Assembly (NCBI GenBank): GCA_000091165.1 | Contig: FP565575.1 | Coordinates: 210,001-242,000 of the forward strand | DNA: 32,000 nucleotides | Reading direction: 5' to 3' | Source: Candidatus Methylomirabilis oxygeniifera | GTDB taxonomy: Bacteria; Methylomirabilota; Methylomirabilia; Methylomirabilales; Methylomirabilaceae | Part shown: piece after piece, positions 16,644-25,249 of the stretch | How positions within the stretch are numbered: the stretch's first letter is position 1 | Layout of the letters: every line of letters begins with the position of its first letter | Made by a program: the position numbers and the translations under genes | Notes under the pieces: model-generated | Seen by the model: only the letters and a program-made list of their open reading frames with translations | What the model was told of the DNA's origin: nothing | The model's database searches: none

Positions 16644-17726
16644 TTGGTAGATATAAATTCATTGTTGACGCCTCCTTACTCTGAGGGAGCGTGTTCATCT
16701 GGGGGCGGTGAGGTGTGCGTATACAAAGATCCTGCCGGACGCTTTACTATCCGCCCATATCAGGCCGGTGACGAACTCCGGATCCTCGATCTGTTCCGGC
16801 GCGTGTTCGGGGTAGAGCGATCGTGTGAGCACTGGCGCTGGAAATTTCGGGATAATCCCGCCGGTTCATACGTGCTGCGCGTGGCTGAGACGCAGGACGG
16901 TAGGCTTGTGGGGCAATATGCCCTATTGCCCGTCCGAACCCGATGGGGTCATGAGACGGTCACCTTTATCCAGGTCATCGATGTGATGGTCGATCCGCAC
17001 TATCGGATGGGATTAAAGCGTCCCGGGCTGTTTTCGGTTCTGGCCGAACAGTCGGTGATGGCATTCCTCCGCGGCGGGCTGGCGTTGATCGGCTACGGGT
17101 TCCCGACACCGGAGGCGTTGCGGATCGGCGCGCGCGCTGTCGGGTATCATCCCCTGCATCCGATTCAGCGGCTGGTAAAAGACCTCACCGTTGCGAGCAG
17201 GCCCCGCTCCTTCCGGCCATGGTCCGTGAGGTGCGAGAGAGTTGCGCGTTTTGGAGATAATGTAGAGATGTTGTGGCGGCGATGCGCCTCCTCCTTTGAC
17301 ATTGCGGTCATACGTGATGCGGAATATCTGAACTGGCGATATGCCGACTGCCCTGATGTTGCATACACGATGGTTGCGGCCGGACAGCCGTGGAGCGGTA
17401 TCCTGTCAGGGGCGGCAGTTCTCCGAATGGGATGGGCGGATCAGCCGATTGCGTGTCTGGCGGATTGGCTTGTTCCGCCTGACGCGACGTCGACGGCCGA
17501 GAGACTGCTGGCTCATTGTGAGGCGTTGGCTCGAGAGGCCGGCATGGAACGGCTCAGCGCCTGGTTTCCTCAACATGCCTGGCCGTATCGCTTTCTCTGC
17601 GAGCATGGGTATCGGGTGGAGCCCACCATATACCACCTGGTGGCCTTGGCCACCGATCCCATGGCCGACCTCGAGCGGGTCAGGGATCGCTGGTACTACA
17701 CAATGGGAGATTCGGATATCTTTTGA
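16644..17726 (+). CDS. GNAT-family N-acetyltransferase
   Basis: FTIRPYQAGDELRILDLFRRVFG...HWRWKFRDNPAGSYVLRVAETQDGRLVGQYALLPVR...VIDVMVDPHYRMGLKRPGLFSVLAEQ. Confidence 0.8.
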   Translation: MVDINSLLTPPYSEGACSSGGGEVCVYKDPAGRFTIRPYQAGDELRILDLFRRVFGVERSCEHWRWKFRDNPAGSYVLRVAETQDGRLVGQYALLPVRTRWGHETVTFIQVIDVMVDPHYRMGLKRPGLFSVLAEQSVMAFLRGGLALIGYGFPTPEALRIGARAVGYHPLHPIQRLVKDLTVASRPRSFRPWSVRCERVARFGDNVEMLWRRCASSFDIAVIRDAEYLNWRYADCPDVAYTMVAAGQPWSGILSGAAVLRMGWADQPIACLADWLVPPDATSTAERLLAHCEALAREAGMERLSAWFPQHAWPYRFLCEHGYRVEPTIYHLVALATDPMADLERVRDRWYYTMGDSDIF

Positions 17727-17759
17727 GTGCCATGTGAGGCGTGAGATGCGGAGCGCAGG

Positions 17760-18422
17760 GTGAAGGGGTCGCCGAAGTATCCCCAGATCGTAGCCGGGCC
17801 GCCAAGAGGGTCGGTGTTGGTTTTGGCGCCGCATGCCGACGACGAGAGTTTAGGCTGCGGGGGAGCCATTGCGCTCCACCATCGACAGGGCGATCGGGTG
17901 AAAGTGGTCGTTGCCACCGATGGGGCGGCCGGCGACCCGCTGGGTCATTACCGGGGCTGCAATTATCGGGAGTTGCGTCGTAACGAGGCGAGGCGGGCCG
18001 CATCGATTCTCGGAATCGATGAGATCGAGTTTTGGGACTACCCCGATGGGAAGCTTGCTGAAGTGTCCGATCTGATGACGCGTATCACGGCATTGCTTGC
18101 GGCGGATCGACCGGATGTTCTCTACCGTCCTTCCACGTTGGAGGTGCATCCTGATCACCGGGCTCTCGGAGTCGGCGTTGAAGCGGCCCTCCAGGAGTAT
18201 AGGCCGATATGTGGAGACTTCTGTTATGAGATTTGGGCGACGGTGCAGCCAACCCACGCCATAGACATCACACCTATCTGGGATGTAAAACGCCAAGCCG
18301 TTGAGCAGTATGAAAGCCAGCTCCGCTACAATGACCTTCTCTATATGATGGCCGGTCTGAATGCGTATCGAACCATCTTTGCCCCATGGGCTCGGTACGT
18401 GGAAGCGTTTCAGATAGGGTAG
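17760..18422 (+). CDS. PIG-L family deacetylase
   Basis: VLVLAPHADDESLGCGGAIALHHRQGDRVKVVVATDG...RRNEARRAASILGI...HPDHRALG. Confidence 0.92.
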   Translation: MKGSPKYPQIVAGPPRGSVLVLAPHADDESLGCGGAIALHHRQGDRVKVVVATDGAAGDPLGHYRGCNYRELRRNEARRAASILGIDEIEFWDYPDGKLAEVSDLMTRITALLAADRPDVLYRPSTLEVHPDHRALGVGVEAALQEYRPICGDFCYEIWATVQPTHAIDITPIWDVKRQAVEQYESQLRYNDLLYMMAGLNAYRTIFAPWARYVEAFQIG

Positions 18423-18428
18423 AGCCTC

Positions 18429-21400
18429 ATGCGAACCCTCCAGATCGTGCACGGCTTTCCGCCGGAGTCGGTCGCCGGGACCGAGACCTATTGCGAGACC
18501 TTAAGTAGGTATCTTCTGGCGCGAGGGCATCAGTGCGAGGTGCTGACCGGTTCCGGCCGGCGCACAGCAAAGGCTATCCTGGCTGTCGAAGTACAGAACG
18601 GGCTGCGGGTGGCCCGTTATCTGAGAACCGAGGGACAGGCTCAGACCTGGAGAGACGAATACGACCCTGAAGCCGAGGCGCTTATCCGAGATCTGCTCTC
18701 GCGTGACCGGCCGGACCTCGTGCACCTCCACCATTGGCACCGGCTGACCAACAACCTGGTGACGATCTGTACGGACCTGGGCATCCCCGTGGTGGTGACG
18801 TTGCACGATGTCTGGACTACTTGCCCACGTATCCATCGGATCCACCGGGAGGGAGTGTTCTGCAAAGAGCCCCTTCTGACCGCACCGTGTCTACACTGTG
18901 TCGAGCGAACTCAATGGCAGACGGATCAGGAGGTCGTTGCTGCACTGGCATTACGTCAACAGATGGTGGAGGCGGAGCTTTCGCTGGCCTCGGCTCTCAT
19001 CGTACCGTCAGAGGCGCATCGTTCATTGCTGCGTGAGCTGCTTGAGCTTCCGGAGAACCGCTTGATTGTTCTTCCGCATGGGAGTTCCCAGACCATCATC
19101 GCGCAGGATAGGCGGAAGCAACCATCAGCGTTCCGAAATCGACCGCTCCAGATCGGGCATTGGGGTTATTTCCTGTATCATAAAGGTACGCACCTGCTCC
19201 TGGAGGCGCTGCATCGTCTGGACGATCCGTCTGCCGTTCAGGTTCATTTGATCGGAACGGCCTTGGAGTCGGCATATGGGGAACGACTTCGCGATCTTGC
19301 GCGCGGGCTTTCGGTACAATTCCATGGCGCCTATCAGCCCGCCGACCTGCGGACGTTTGACCTTGATCTCGCCGTCTTCCCTTCCATCACCAGTGAATCC
19401 TATTCGTTTACCATTGATGAAGCGTTGTGGTTAGGGCTGCCGGTCCTCGTCTCGGACCGTGGTGCCCTCTCGGAGCGGATCGGGAAGGCAGGCCTGACCT
19501 TTCGGGCTGAGGATGCGGAGGATCTGGCCAGGTGCCTCCAGAGGATCCTGGACGCGCCGGAGGCGCTGGAGGCGATGCGCCTGGACATCCGGCTCGATAC
19601 GCTCTTATCAATGGAGGCCCATGTCGCCGGGTTGGAGAAGATCTATGAGGATGCTGTTTGCTTGAACGTTCCCCGATTAAAAACGTCCACCCCTTATTTG
19701 AAGTTGCTTGCCAATGCAAGGCAACAGATCCAGGAGCGCGACGCGGCGTTATCGGCAGCTCACGCCGAGCGCGACGCGGCGTTATCGGCAGCTCACGCTG
19801 AACTCGCACGAGCCGAGCAGGCCATACAGCAAAAGGACACAGACCTACAACAGGTTCAACGGACCGTCGAGCGTCTTGATGCAGAGGCCCGCCATTATCG
19901 TGAATCGCTGGAAGCTATTGTGTCATCCACGGTGTGGAAGCTCACGGCGCCGATCCGATGGTTGCGCCACCCCATCCGCGCCTTACCCGGCAAAGATCGA
20001 TTCGCGATAGATTTCGCACACCTGAAAGTCACGCTCAGAAAGGCCTATTTCTACCACCGAAAAATAGGTCTTCGGGCGACAGTGCGCAGAATTATCGTCG
20101 AGTTGCGCTCCCTTCACACCAAAGCCAGGGGTCCTGCTCTGTGCTCGTCTGAGTTATTGAATATCCACGATATCTACCCCATGCCCGGAGATATTTCCAG
20201 CCGGATTGCCGTCCACGCCCATGCGTACTACCCTGATTTGACAAAAGAACTCGCGTCGTATCTGAAGAATATGCCCTTCGCGTTTGACCTGTTCGTTTCG
20301 GTCTCGAATGATGAGGCGCGCGATGTCTGTCGTCAGGCATTTGCAGGGCTGCCACAGGCTCGTCGAGTCATTGTGGACGTTGTGGCAAATCGCGGCCGAG
20401 ACATTGCGCCGATGGTATGCCATTTTGGCGGTCGACTGGCAACATACGACTACATCTGCCATCTGCACACGAAGAAATCGATGTATGCGCAGGGAAAAAT
20501 GGATGGTTGGCTGGAGTATCTTCTGCGCCAGTTGATGGGAAGCGAGGATCAGGTTAGGCGGATTTTTTCCATGTTTCAAAGCGATCCAAGAGCCGGGATT
20601 ATTTACCCTCAAAATTACGAGTATCTGCCCTACTGGGGCAATACCTGGCTATCCAATAAAGCGCTGGGCGCCCAAATGTGCCGGCAGATGGGAATCACAG
20701 ATGTGCCGGAAGGGTATTTCGACTACCCTGCAGGGTCAATGTTCTGGGCTCGAAGCGAGGCCATTCGCAATCTTTTCTCGGCCGATATCAGACTGACGGA
20801 CTTTCCCGAAGAGGCTGGTCAGACGGATGGCTCACTGGCGCACTGCATTGAGCGGTTGCTGGTTCTTGTGGCCAGACACGCCGGATATAAGCCGTTTATT
20901 CTTGCCGATCCCTTGTCACCAAGCTGGTCAAAGTGGAGATTCGACCGCTATATGGCCAGAACGCGTGATTATGTTAAAACAGCGTTGGAAGCAAAAGATA
21001 TCAAAGTGATCGCCTTCGATATTTTCGATACACTGCTTGTTCGTCCGGTTCTCCATCCCGAAACCGCAAAGACGATCATTGGCCACCGCAACCGGGAAAT
21101 GGCCGGGACCGATTTTGCCGGGCTACGGGCGAAGGCGGAAGCACTGGCGCGCTCGCGTGTGGGGCGAGACGTGGGGCTTGAAGACATTTATGCTGAGTTT
21201 GCGTCACTGACAGGCAAGCAGGTCGATGAGGTTGGGTATCTCCGGACCCTGGAGGAGGAAATAGAACGACACCTGGTTTCTCCTCGACCTGAGTGTATAG
21301 ATATGTTCAACCATGCGATACGTAGCGGCAAACGTGTCGTTCTTGCGAGTGACATGTTTTTGCCTCGTCCTATTATTGAGAAAATGCTCTCGGAGAACGG

Positions 21401-22811
21401 GATCGCGGGATATCATGCGCTCTATGTGTCCTCGGATATCGGTGTTCGCAAGGATACCGGAGAGTTGTACCGGTTAATGCTGGAACGGGAACGGATTGCC
21501 CCGGACGAACTCCTGATGGTGGGCGATAACGAACACTCTGATGTGCAGGTCCCGATGAATGTCGGAATTCAAGTATGCCACGTGTTGCGGCCGATCGAAG
21601 TTGCCAGGGCATTGCCGAGATTCTCCGGGATGATCGAATGGACTCGAACGGAAGGAGGTCTGGACGAACAGTTGGTATTGGGTCTGGTGATCAAACGACT
21701 GTTTCAGCCGGTCTTTTATGAGCAATTTGATCCTGCCCGTCTGATTCCCGGTGAGCCGGAGGATATTGGCTATGGCGTCGTCGGTCCAGTCGCCCTGAGT
21801 TTCTGTGTATGGTTGATGGACCGGGCAAAAGCGGACGGCATCGAAAAACTGTATTTCCTCGCCCGCGAGGGCCAGTTGCTCAAAGAGATCTACGATCGGG
21901 TCGCGATGCACCGCGAGGATGCCATCCCCTCCGAGTACCTTGTGTTATCCAGGCGCGCCGTCACGGTGCCGATGATCGAGTCGTTCGACGACATTTGCAG
22001 GATCGCCAAAGCCTCCGAGTACTTTCCGAACGACCTGAAGGCATTCTTCAGGTACCGATATGGGGTGCTGTTGGATGATCACGATGTCCATGAACTCTGT
22101 CGGAAGGGGCTCTGGCAGACTGGACGTTTGGTGGAGGTGAAAGGCGATATTCGCCACCTGAAGCCGGTGCTGGAAGCACTCATGGAGAAGATTACGGCCC
22201 GCAGCCGCGCAGAGCGTCCCAGCCTAATCGCCTATTTGAACCGTGTCGGACTCCATACGACGTCGGCGGTGGCGGTTGTCGACGTCGGCTATTCGGCGAC
22301 CATCCAGGGTATGCTGTCCGGGTTCCTGCATAAACCGATTCACGGCTTCTACATGCTCACATCCGCAGCGTCGCGGGAGGTCTGCGAACGGTACGGCGTG
22401 TTCGCGCACGGCTACTACGGGAGTCGGATCGCCGGCGGCGATCCCAACATATCCCCTCTCTGGCGAAGGAGCTTTGAGCTGGAGACCTTTTTGAGCTCCG
22501 ACGACCCCCAAGTCATCTGTTATGATCTGGGCACCGAGGGCCAACCTCATGCGGCGCACCAAAGCCTGTTGCCCGGCGAACAAGGGTCTTCGGACATACG
22601 GCGCAAGATTCGTCGTGGCGTCTCCTCGTTTGTCGACGACTTCCTTGCGCTGCAGCGCAACGTCTATCCGGACCTCAGGTTGTCGTCGCGTCTCCCCGAA
22701 ATGCTGTTCGGGGAGTTTGTCGAGCACATGTCAGGGGCGGAACGGGAGATGATATCGGGTCTCGTCCTGGATGATCACTATTGTGGACGCGGTACGGTTC
22801 CGCTTGGTTGA
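18429..22811 (+). CDS. Multidomain protein: GT4 glycosyltransferase + coiled coil + RgpF-like (rhamnan synthesis F) + HAD-like C-terminal module
   Basis: N-terminus QIVHGFPPESVAGTETYCETLSRYLLARGHQ...ENRLIVLPHGS...; middle NRGRDIAPMVCHFGGRLATYDYICHLHTKKS...; C-terminus IKVIAFDIFDTLLVRP...VVLASDMFLP...VGDNEHSDV.... Confidence 0.9.
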   Translation: MRTLQIVHGFPPESVAGTETYCETLSRYLLARGHQCEVLTGSGRRTAKAILAVEVQNGLRVARYLRTEGQAQTWRDEYDPEAEALIRDLLSRDRPDLVHLHHWHRLTNNLVTICTDLGIPVVVTLHDVWTTCPRIHRIHREGVFCKEPLLTAPCLHCVERTQWQTDQEVVAALALRQQMVEAELSLASALIVPSEAHRSLLRELLELPENRLIVLPHGSSQTIIAQDRRKQPSAFRNRPLQIGHWGYFLYHKGTHLLLEALHRLDDPSAVQVHLIGTALESAYGERLRDLARGLSVQFHGAYQPADLRTFDLDLAVFPSITSESYSFTIDEALWLGLPVLVSDRGALSERIGKAGLTFRAEDAEDLARCLQRILDAPEALEAMRLDIRLDTLLSMEAHVAGLEKIYEDAVCLNVPRLKTSTPYLKLLANARQQIQERDAALSAAHAERDAALSAAHAELARAEQAIQQKDTDLQQVQRTVERLDAEARHYRESLEAIVSSTVWKLTAPIRWLRHPIRALPGKDRFAIDFAHLKVTLRKAYFYHRKIGLRATVRRIIVELRSLHTKARGPALCSSELLNIHDIYPMPGDISSRIAVHAHAYYPDLTKELASYLKNMPFAFDLFVSVSNDEARDVCRQAFAGLPQARRVIVDVVANRGRDIAPMVCHFGGRLATYDYICHLHTKKSMYAQGKMDGWLEYLLRQLMGSEDQVRRIFSMFQSDPRAGIIYPQNYEYLPYWGNTWLSNKALGAQMCRQMGITDVPEGYFDYPAGSMFWARSEAIRNLFSADIRLTDFPEEAGQTDGSLAHCIERLLVLVARHAGYKPFILADPLSPSWSKWRFDRYMARTRDYVKTALEAKDIKVIAFDIFDTLLVRPVLHPETAKTIIGHRNREMAGTDFAGLRAKAEALARSRVGRDVGLEDIYAEFASLTGKQVDEVGYLRTLEEEIERHLVSPRPECIDMFNHAIRSGKRVVLASDMFLPRPIIEKMLSENGIAGYHALYVSSDIGVRKDTGELYRLMLERERIAPDELLMVGDNEHSDVQVPMNVGIQVCHVLRPIEVARALPRFSGMIEWTRTEGGLDEQLVLGLVIKRLFQPVFYEQFDPARLIPGEPEDIGYGVVGPVALSFCVWLMDRAKADGIEKLYFLAREGQLLKEIYDRVAMHREDAIPSEYLVLSRRAVTVPMIESFDDICRIAKASEYFPNDLKAFFRYRYGVLLDDHDVHELCRKGLWQTGRLVEVKGDIRHLKPVLEALMEKITARSRAERPSLIAYLNRVGLHTTSAVAVVDVGYSATIQGMLSGFLHKPIHGFYMLTSAASREVCERYGVFAHGYYGSRIAGGDPNISPLWRRSFELETFLSSDDPQVICYDLGTEGQPHAAHQSLLPGEQGSSDIRRKIRRGVSSFVDDFLALQRNVYPDLRLSSRLPEMLFGEFVEHMSGAEREMISGLVLDDHYCGRGTVPLG
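19734..19799 (+). repeat. Two tandem 33-bp in-frame units encoding ERDAALSAAHA
   Basis: GAGCGCGACGCGGCGTTATCGGCAGCTCACGCC followed by an identical unit except for the last base. Confidence 0.9.
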
Positions 22812-22832
22812 AGACGGGTCAGCGGGTGACCG

Positions 22833-24149
22833 TTGAGAATGATGATACAATCTGCTCCCAAAGTCAGCGTGATTGTTCCGCTCTATAATCACGAGTTGTA
22901 TGTAGAGGAAGCACTCCGTTCCGTCCTGGAACAGTCCTTCCGGGATCTTGAGCTCGTCATCGTCAATGACGGCTCAACGGACGGCTCCGAGGCTGTTGTC
23001 GAACGCATCGATGATCGGCGCATACGATACTATAGGCAGGAGAATCGAGGGGCTCATGATGCGTTAAACAGGGGCATCGGCTTGGGCCCGGGGGGCTATA
23101 TTGCCATCCTCAACTCGGATGATCTCTATTACCCGGGACGAATTGCGGACGCGCTGAATATCTTGGAGCGTGATCCTGAGGTCTCAGCAGTCTTCACCTA
23201 CATTGAGCTGATTAACGCGCAGGGTGAGTCGTTAGGGGTCAAACGAGGCGCCGAGGACAACTGGTCCGGGCAAAGCGCTGAGAGCTCGTTTCGAGAGGAG
23301 CACGATACCGTACTTGATCTGCTGGCGGGGAACTTCCTTCATACCACCTCGAATCTGATCTGCCGAAGGGAGGTATTTGATCGAATCGGTCTCTTCGCGA
23401 ATCTCCGCTATACGCATGATTATGAGTTTTGCTTGCGACTCTGCGCGCGGTCCAGAGTCGCCATGATTCAGACCCCGTTGCTCAGGTATCGTTTCCATCA
23501 GTCCAACACGCTGAGCGAGGACGCCGCAGCCTCGCAGTTTGAAACGGGCATGGTTCTTGCGGATTTCTTCCTGACCTACGACGTGGGCAAGATGTTGGGA
23601 GAGGGACCACGGCGGTTTCAAAGGCTCGCTAAACTCTACAACTCGGTGCGAACGTATGAAACCGATCGGATCATCATACTGTTGCTTGTATTGGGCTTCA
23701 AGGGAAATTGGCAGGGCAAATTCTGGGAGGTATTTGCAGCCGATCAACAGAATCCGTTTAGAGAGGCCTGTATAGACAGTTTGACACACACACGCGACCT
23801 TTGTACCGTCAAGGAGACCCTCAGGTGGCAGCAGGGGCAGACGGAGCACTGGTGGGCAAGGGCGGAGGAATTACGGCACGCTCTCGAACAGCGCGAGATC
23901 GCCGTCGCGGAGTTCGATAAGCGGAGCCGAGAATCAGCGGAAGAGCTACGATGCGCGCTCGAACAGCGCGACACCGCTCTAGCGGAGCTTGAGGCGCGAA
24001 GTCGAGAACAGCATGCGCGCATCGAGGAGCTTCGGGCCAAAGAGGCCGTTCTCAACGAGGTTCTTGCGTCCCAGCAATGGAAGTGGCTCCAAAAACTGAA
24101 CAGGGTGCGCTCGGTCGTGCGCCGCGTGCGAGGCATAGGGCAGGCGTGA
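22833..24149 (+). CDS. GT2 family glycosyltransferase with C-terminal coiled-coil tail
   Basis: VSVIVPLYNHELYVEEALRSVLEQSFRDLELVIVNDGSTDGS...ILNSDDLYYPGRI...; C-terminal EELRHALEQREIAVAEF...WKWLQKLNRV. The ORF track begins near a GTG/ATG at this position. Confidence 0.9.
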   Translation: MRMMIQSAPKVSVIVPLYNHELYVEEALRSVLEQSFRDLELVIVNDGSTDGSEAVVERIDDRRIRYYRQENRGAHDALNRGIGLGPGGYIAILNSDDLYYPGRIADALNILERDPEVSAVFTYIELINAQGESLGVKRGAEDNWSGQSAESSFREEHDTVLDLLAGNFLHTTSNLICRREVFDRIGLFANLRYTHDYEFCLRLCARSRVAMIQTPLLRYRFHQSNTLSEDAAASQFETGMVLADFFLTYDVGKMLGEGPRRFQRLAKLYNSVRTYETDRIIILLLVLGFKGNWQGKFWEVFAADQQNPFREACIDSLTHTRDLCTVKETLRWQQGQTEHWWARAEELRHALEQREIAVAEFDKRSRESAEELRCALEQRDTALAELEARSREQHARIEELRAKEAVLNEVLASQQWKWLQKLNRVRSVVRRVRGIGQA

Positions 24150-24264
24150 TCTCGATGCGGCCTTGCGACCTGCGAGACAGCTGTTCGGCAGCAGGCATGA
24201 TGGGACATAGGGGTCCCACCGATGGGAATCAGCGCGGGAACGCAGGAGAGGAGCAGGGGACAAC

Positions 24265-25170
24265 ATGATCCATCCGGCCGTAGCCATCATTACGAGGACG
24301 AAAGACAGGACGGTGCTTTTGCGGCGTGCCATCGAAAGCGTCCTGTCTCAAACCTTTCAGGACTGGATCATGGTAATCGTGAATGACGGCGGGGTGAGAG
24401 TGCCTGTAGATGAATTGGTTGAGGCGCAGCAGGATCGCTTCAGGGGTCGGTCCCGCGTGATCCATAACGAAACGTCTCTTGGGATGGAGGCCGCATCGAA
24501 CATCGGTCTCAAGGGATCGGAAAGCCGCTATGTCGTCATCCATGATGACGATGATTCGTGGCACCCGATGTTTCTGGAGCGATGCATCGGATTCCTTGGC
24601 ACGAATGCTTATCCTCGTATAGCGGGAGTCATCACCCACACACATCGAGTGCTGGAGCGGATCAAACATGATCGGGTCATCGTTGAGGGGAAAGAGCCAT
24701 TCAATACATGGTGTAAATCGGTGACGATCTATCGAATGGCGGCAGGAAATATCTTTCCGCCGATCTCCTTTATGTACGAGAGGCGGGTGCTTGAGCAGAT
24801 CGGCCACTACCGGGAAGATCTGCCGGTTCTGGGTGATTGGGAGTTCAATCTGAGGTTCATGAGGCGGTACGATATCTTCCTGATCCCTGAGGTATTGGCC
24901 TTCTATCATCATCGACTTGATGCAACAAGCGGTGTCTTCAGCAACTCGGTGATTGGAGCTAACGACAAACATCTGATCTACGATACCCTGTTACGGAATG
25001 AGCTGCTTCGTGAGGATCTCGATAATAACCGGATCGGAATCGGATATCTCACGAACATCAGTAAGAGCTTTGAACTCCTTTATGGTCAGTTATCGTCGAT
25101 CACTGATGTGATGGATCGTCTGAGGAGAATCCAGTGGCTCAAGCGACTTCTGAAGAAGGGGCTCAGGTAG
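24265..25170 (+). CDS. GT2 family glycosyltransferase
   Basis: VAIITRTKDRTVLLRRAIESVLSQTFQDWIMVIVNDGG...YVVIHDDDDSWHPMFLERCI. Confidence 0.9.
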   Translation: MIHPAVAIITRTKDRTVLLRRAIESVLSQTFQDWIMVIVNDGGVRVPVDELVEAQQDRFRGRSRVIHNETSLGMEAASNIGLKGSESRYVVIHDDDDSWHPMFLERCIGFLGTNAYPRIAGVITHTHRVLERIKHDRVIVEGKEPFNTWCKSVTIYRMAAGNIFPPISFMYERRVLEQIGHYREDLPVLGDWEFNLRFMRRYDIFLIPEVLAFYHHRLDATSGVFSNSVIGANDKHLIYDTLLRNELLREDLDNNRIGIGYLTNISKSFELLYGQLSSITDVMDRLRRIQWLKRLLKKGLR

Positions 25171-25249
25171 CGTGAGTCCCGGATCCGCCTTCGGGCTGTT
25201 GTGTCAACGTCACCTGCCGATTCGGGATCGCCGGGGAAGGCTCTAAGCG

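Noticed and set aside
19734-19799. Possible CRISPR-like direct repeats
   Set aside because: Only two contiguous 33-bp units without spacers, in frame within a coiled-coil coding region.
24201-24218. Small hairpin TGGGAC-N6-GTCCCA before the GT2 gene at 24265
   Set aside because: Six-bp stem is too short to distinguish from chance in GC-rich DNA.
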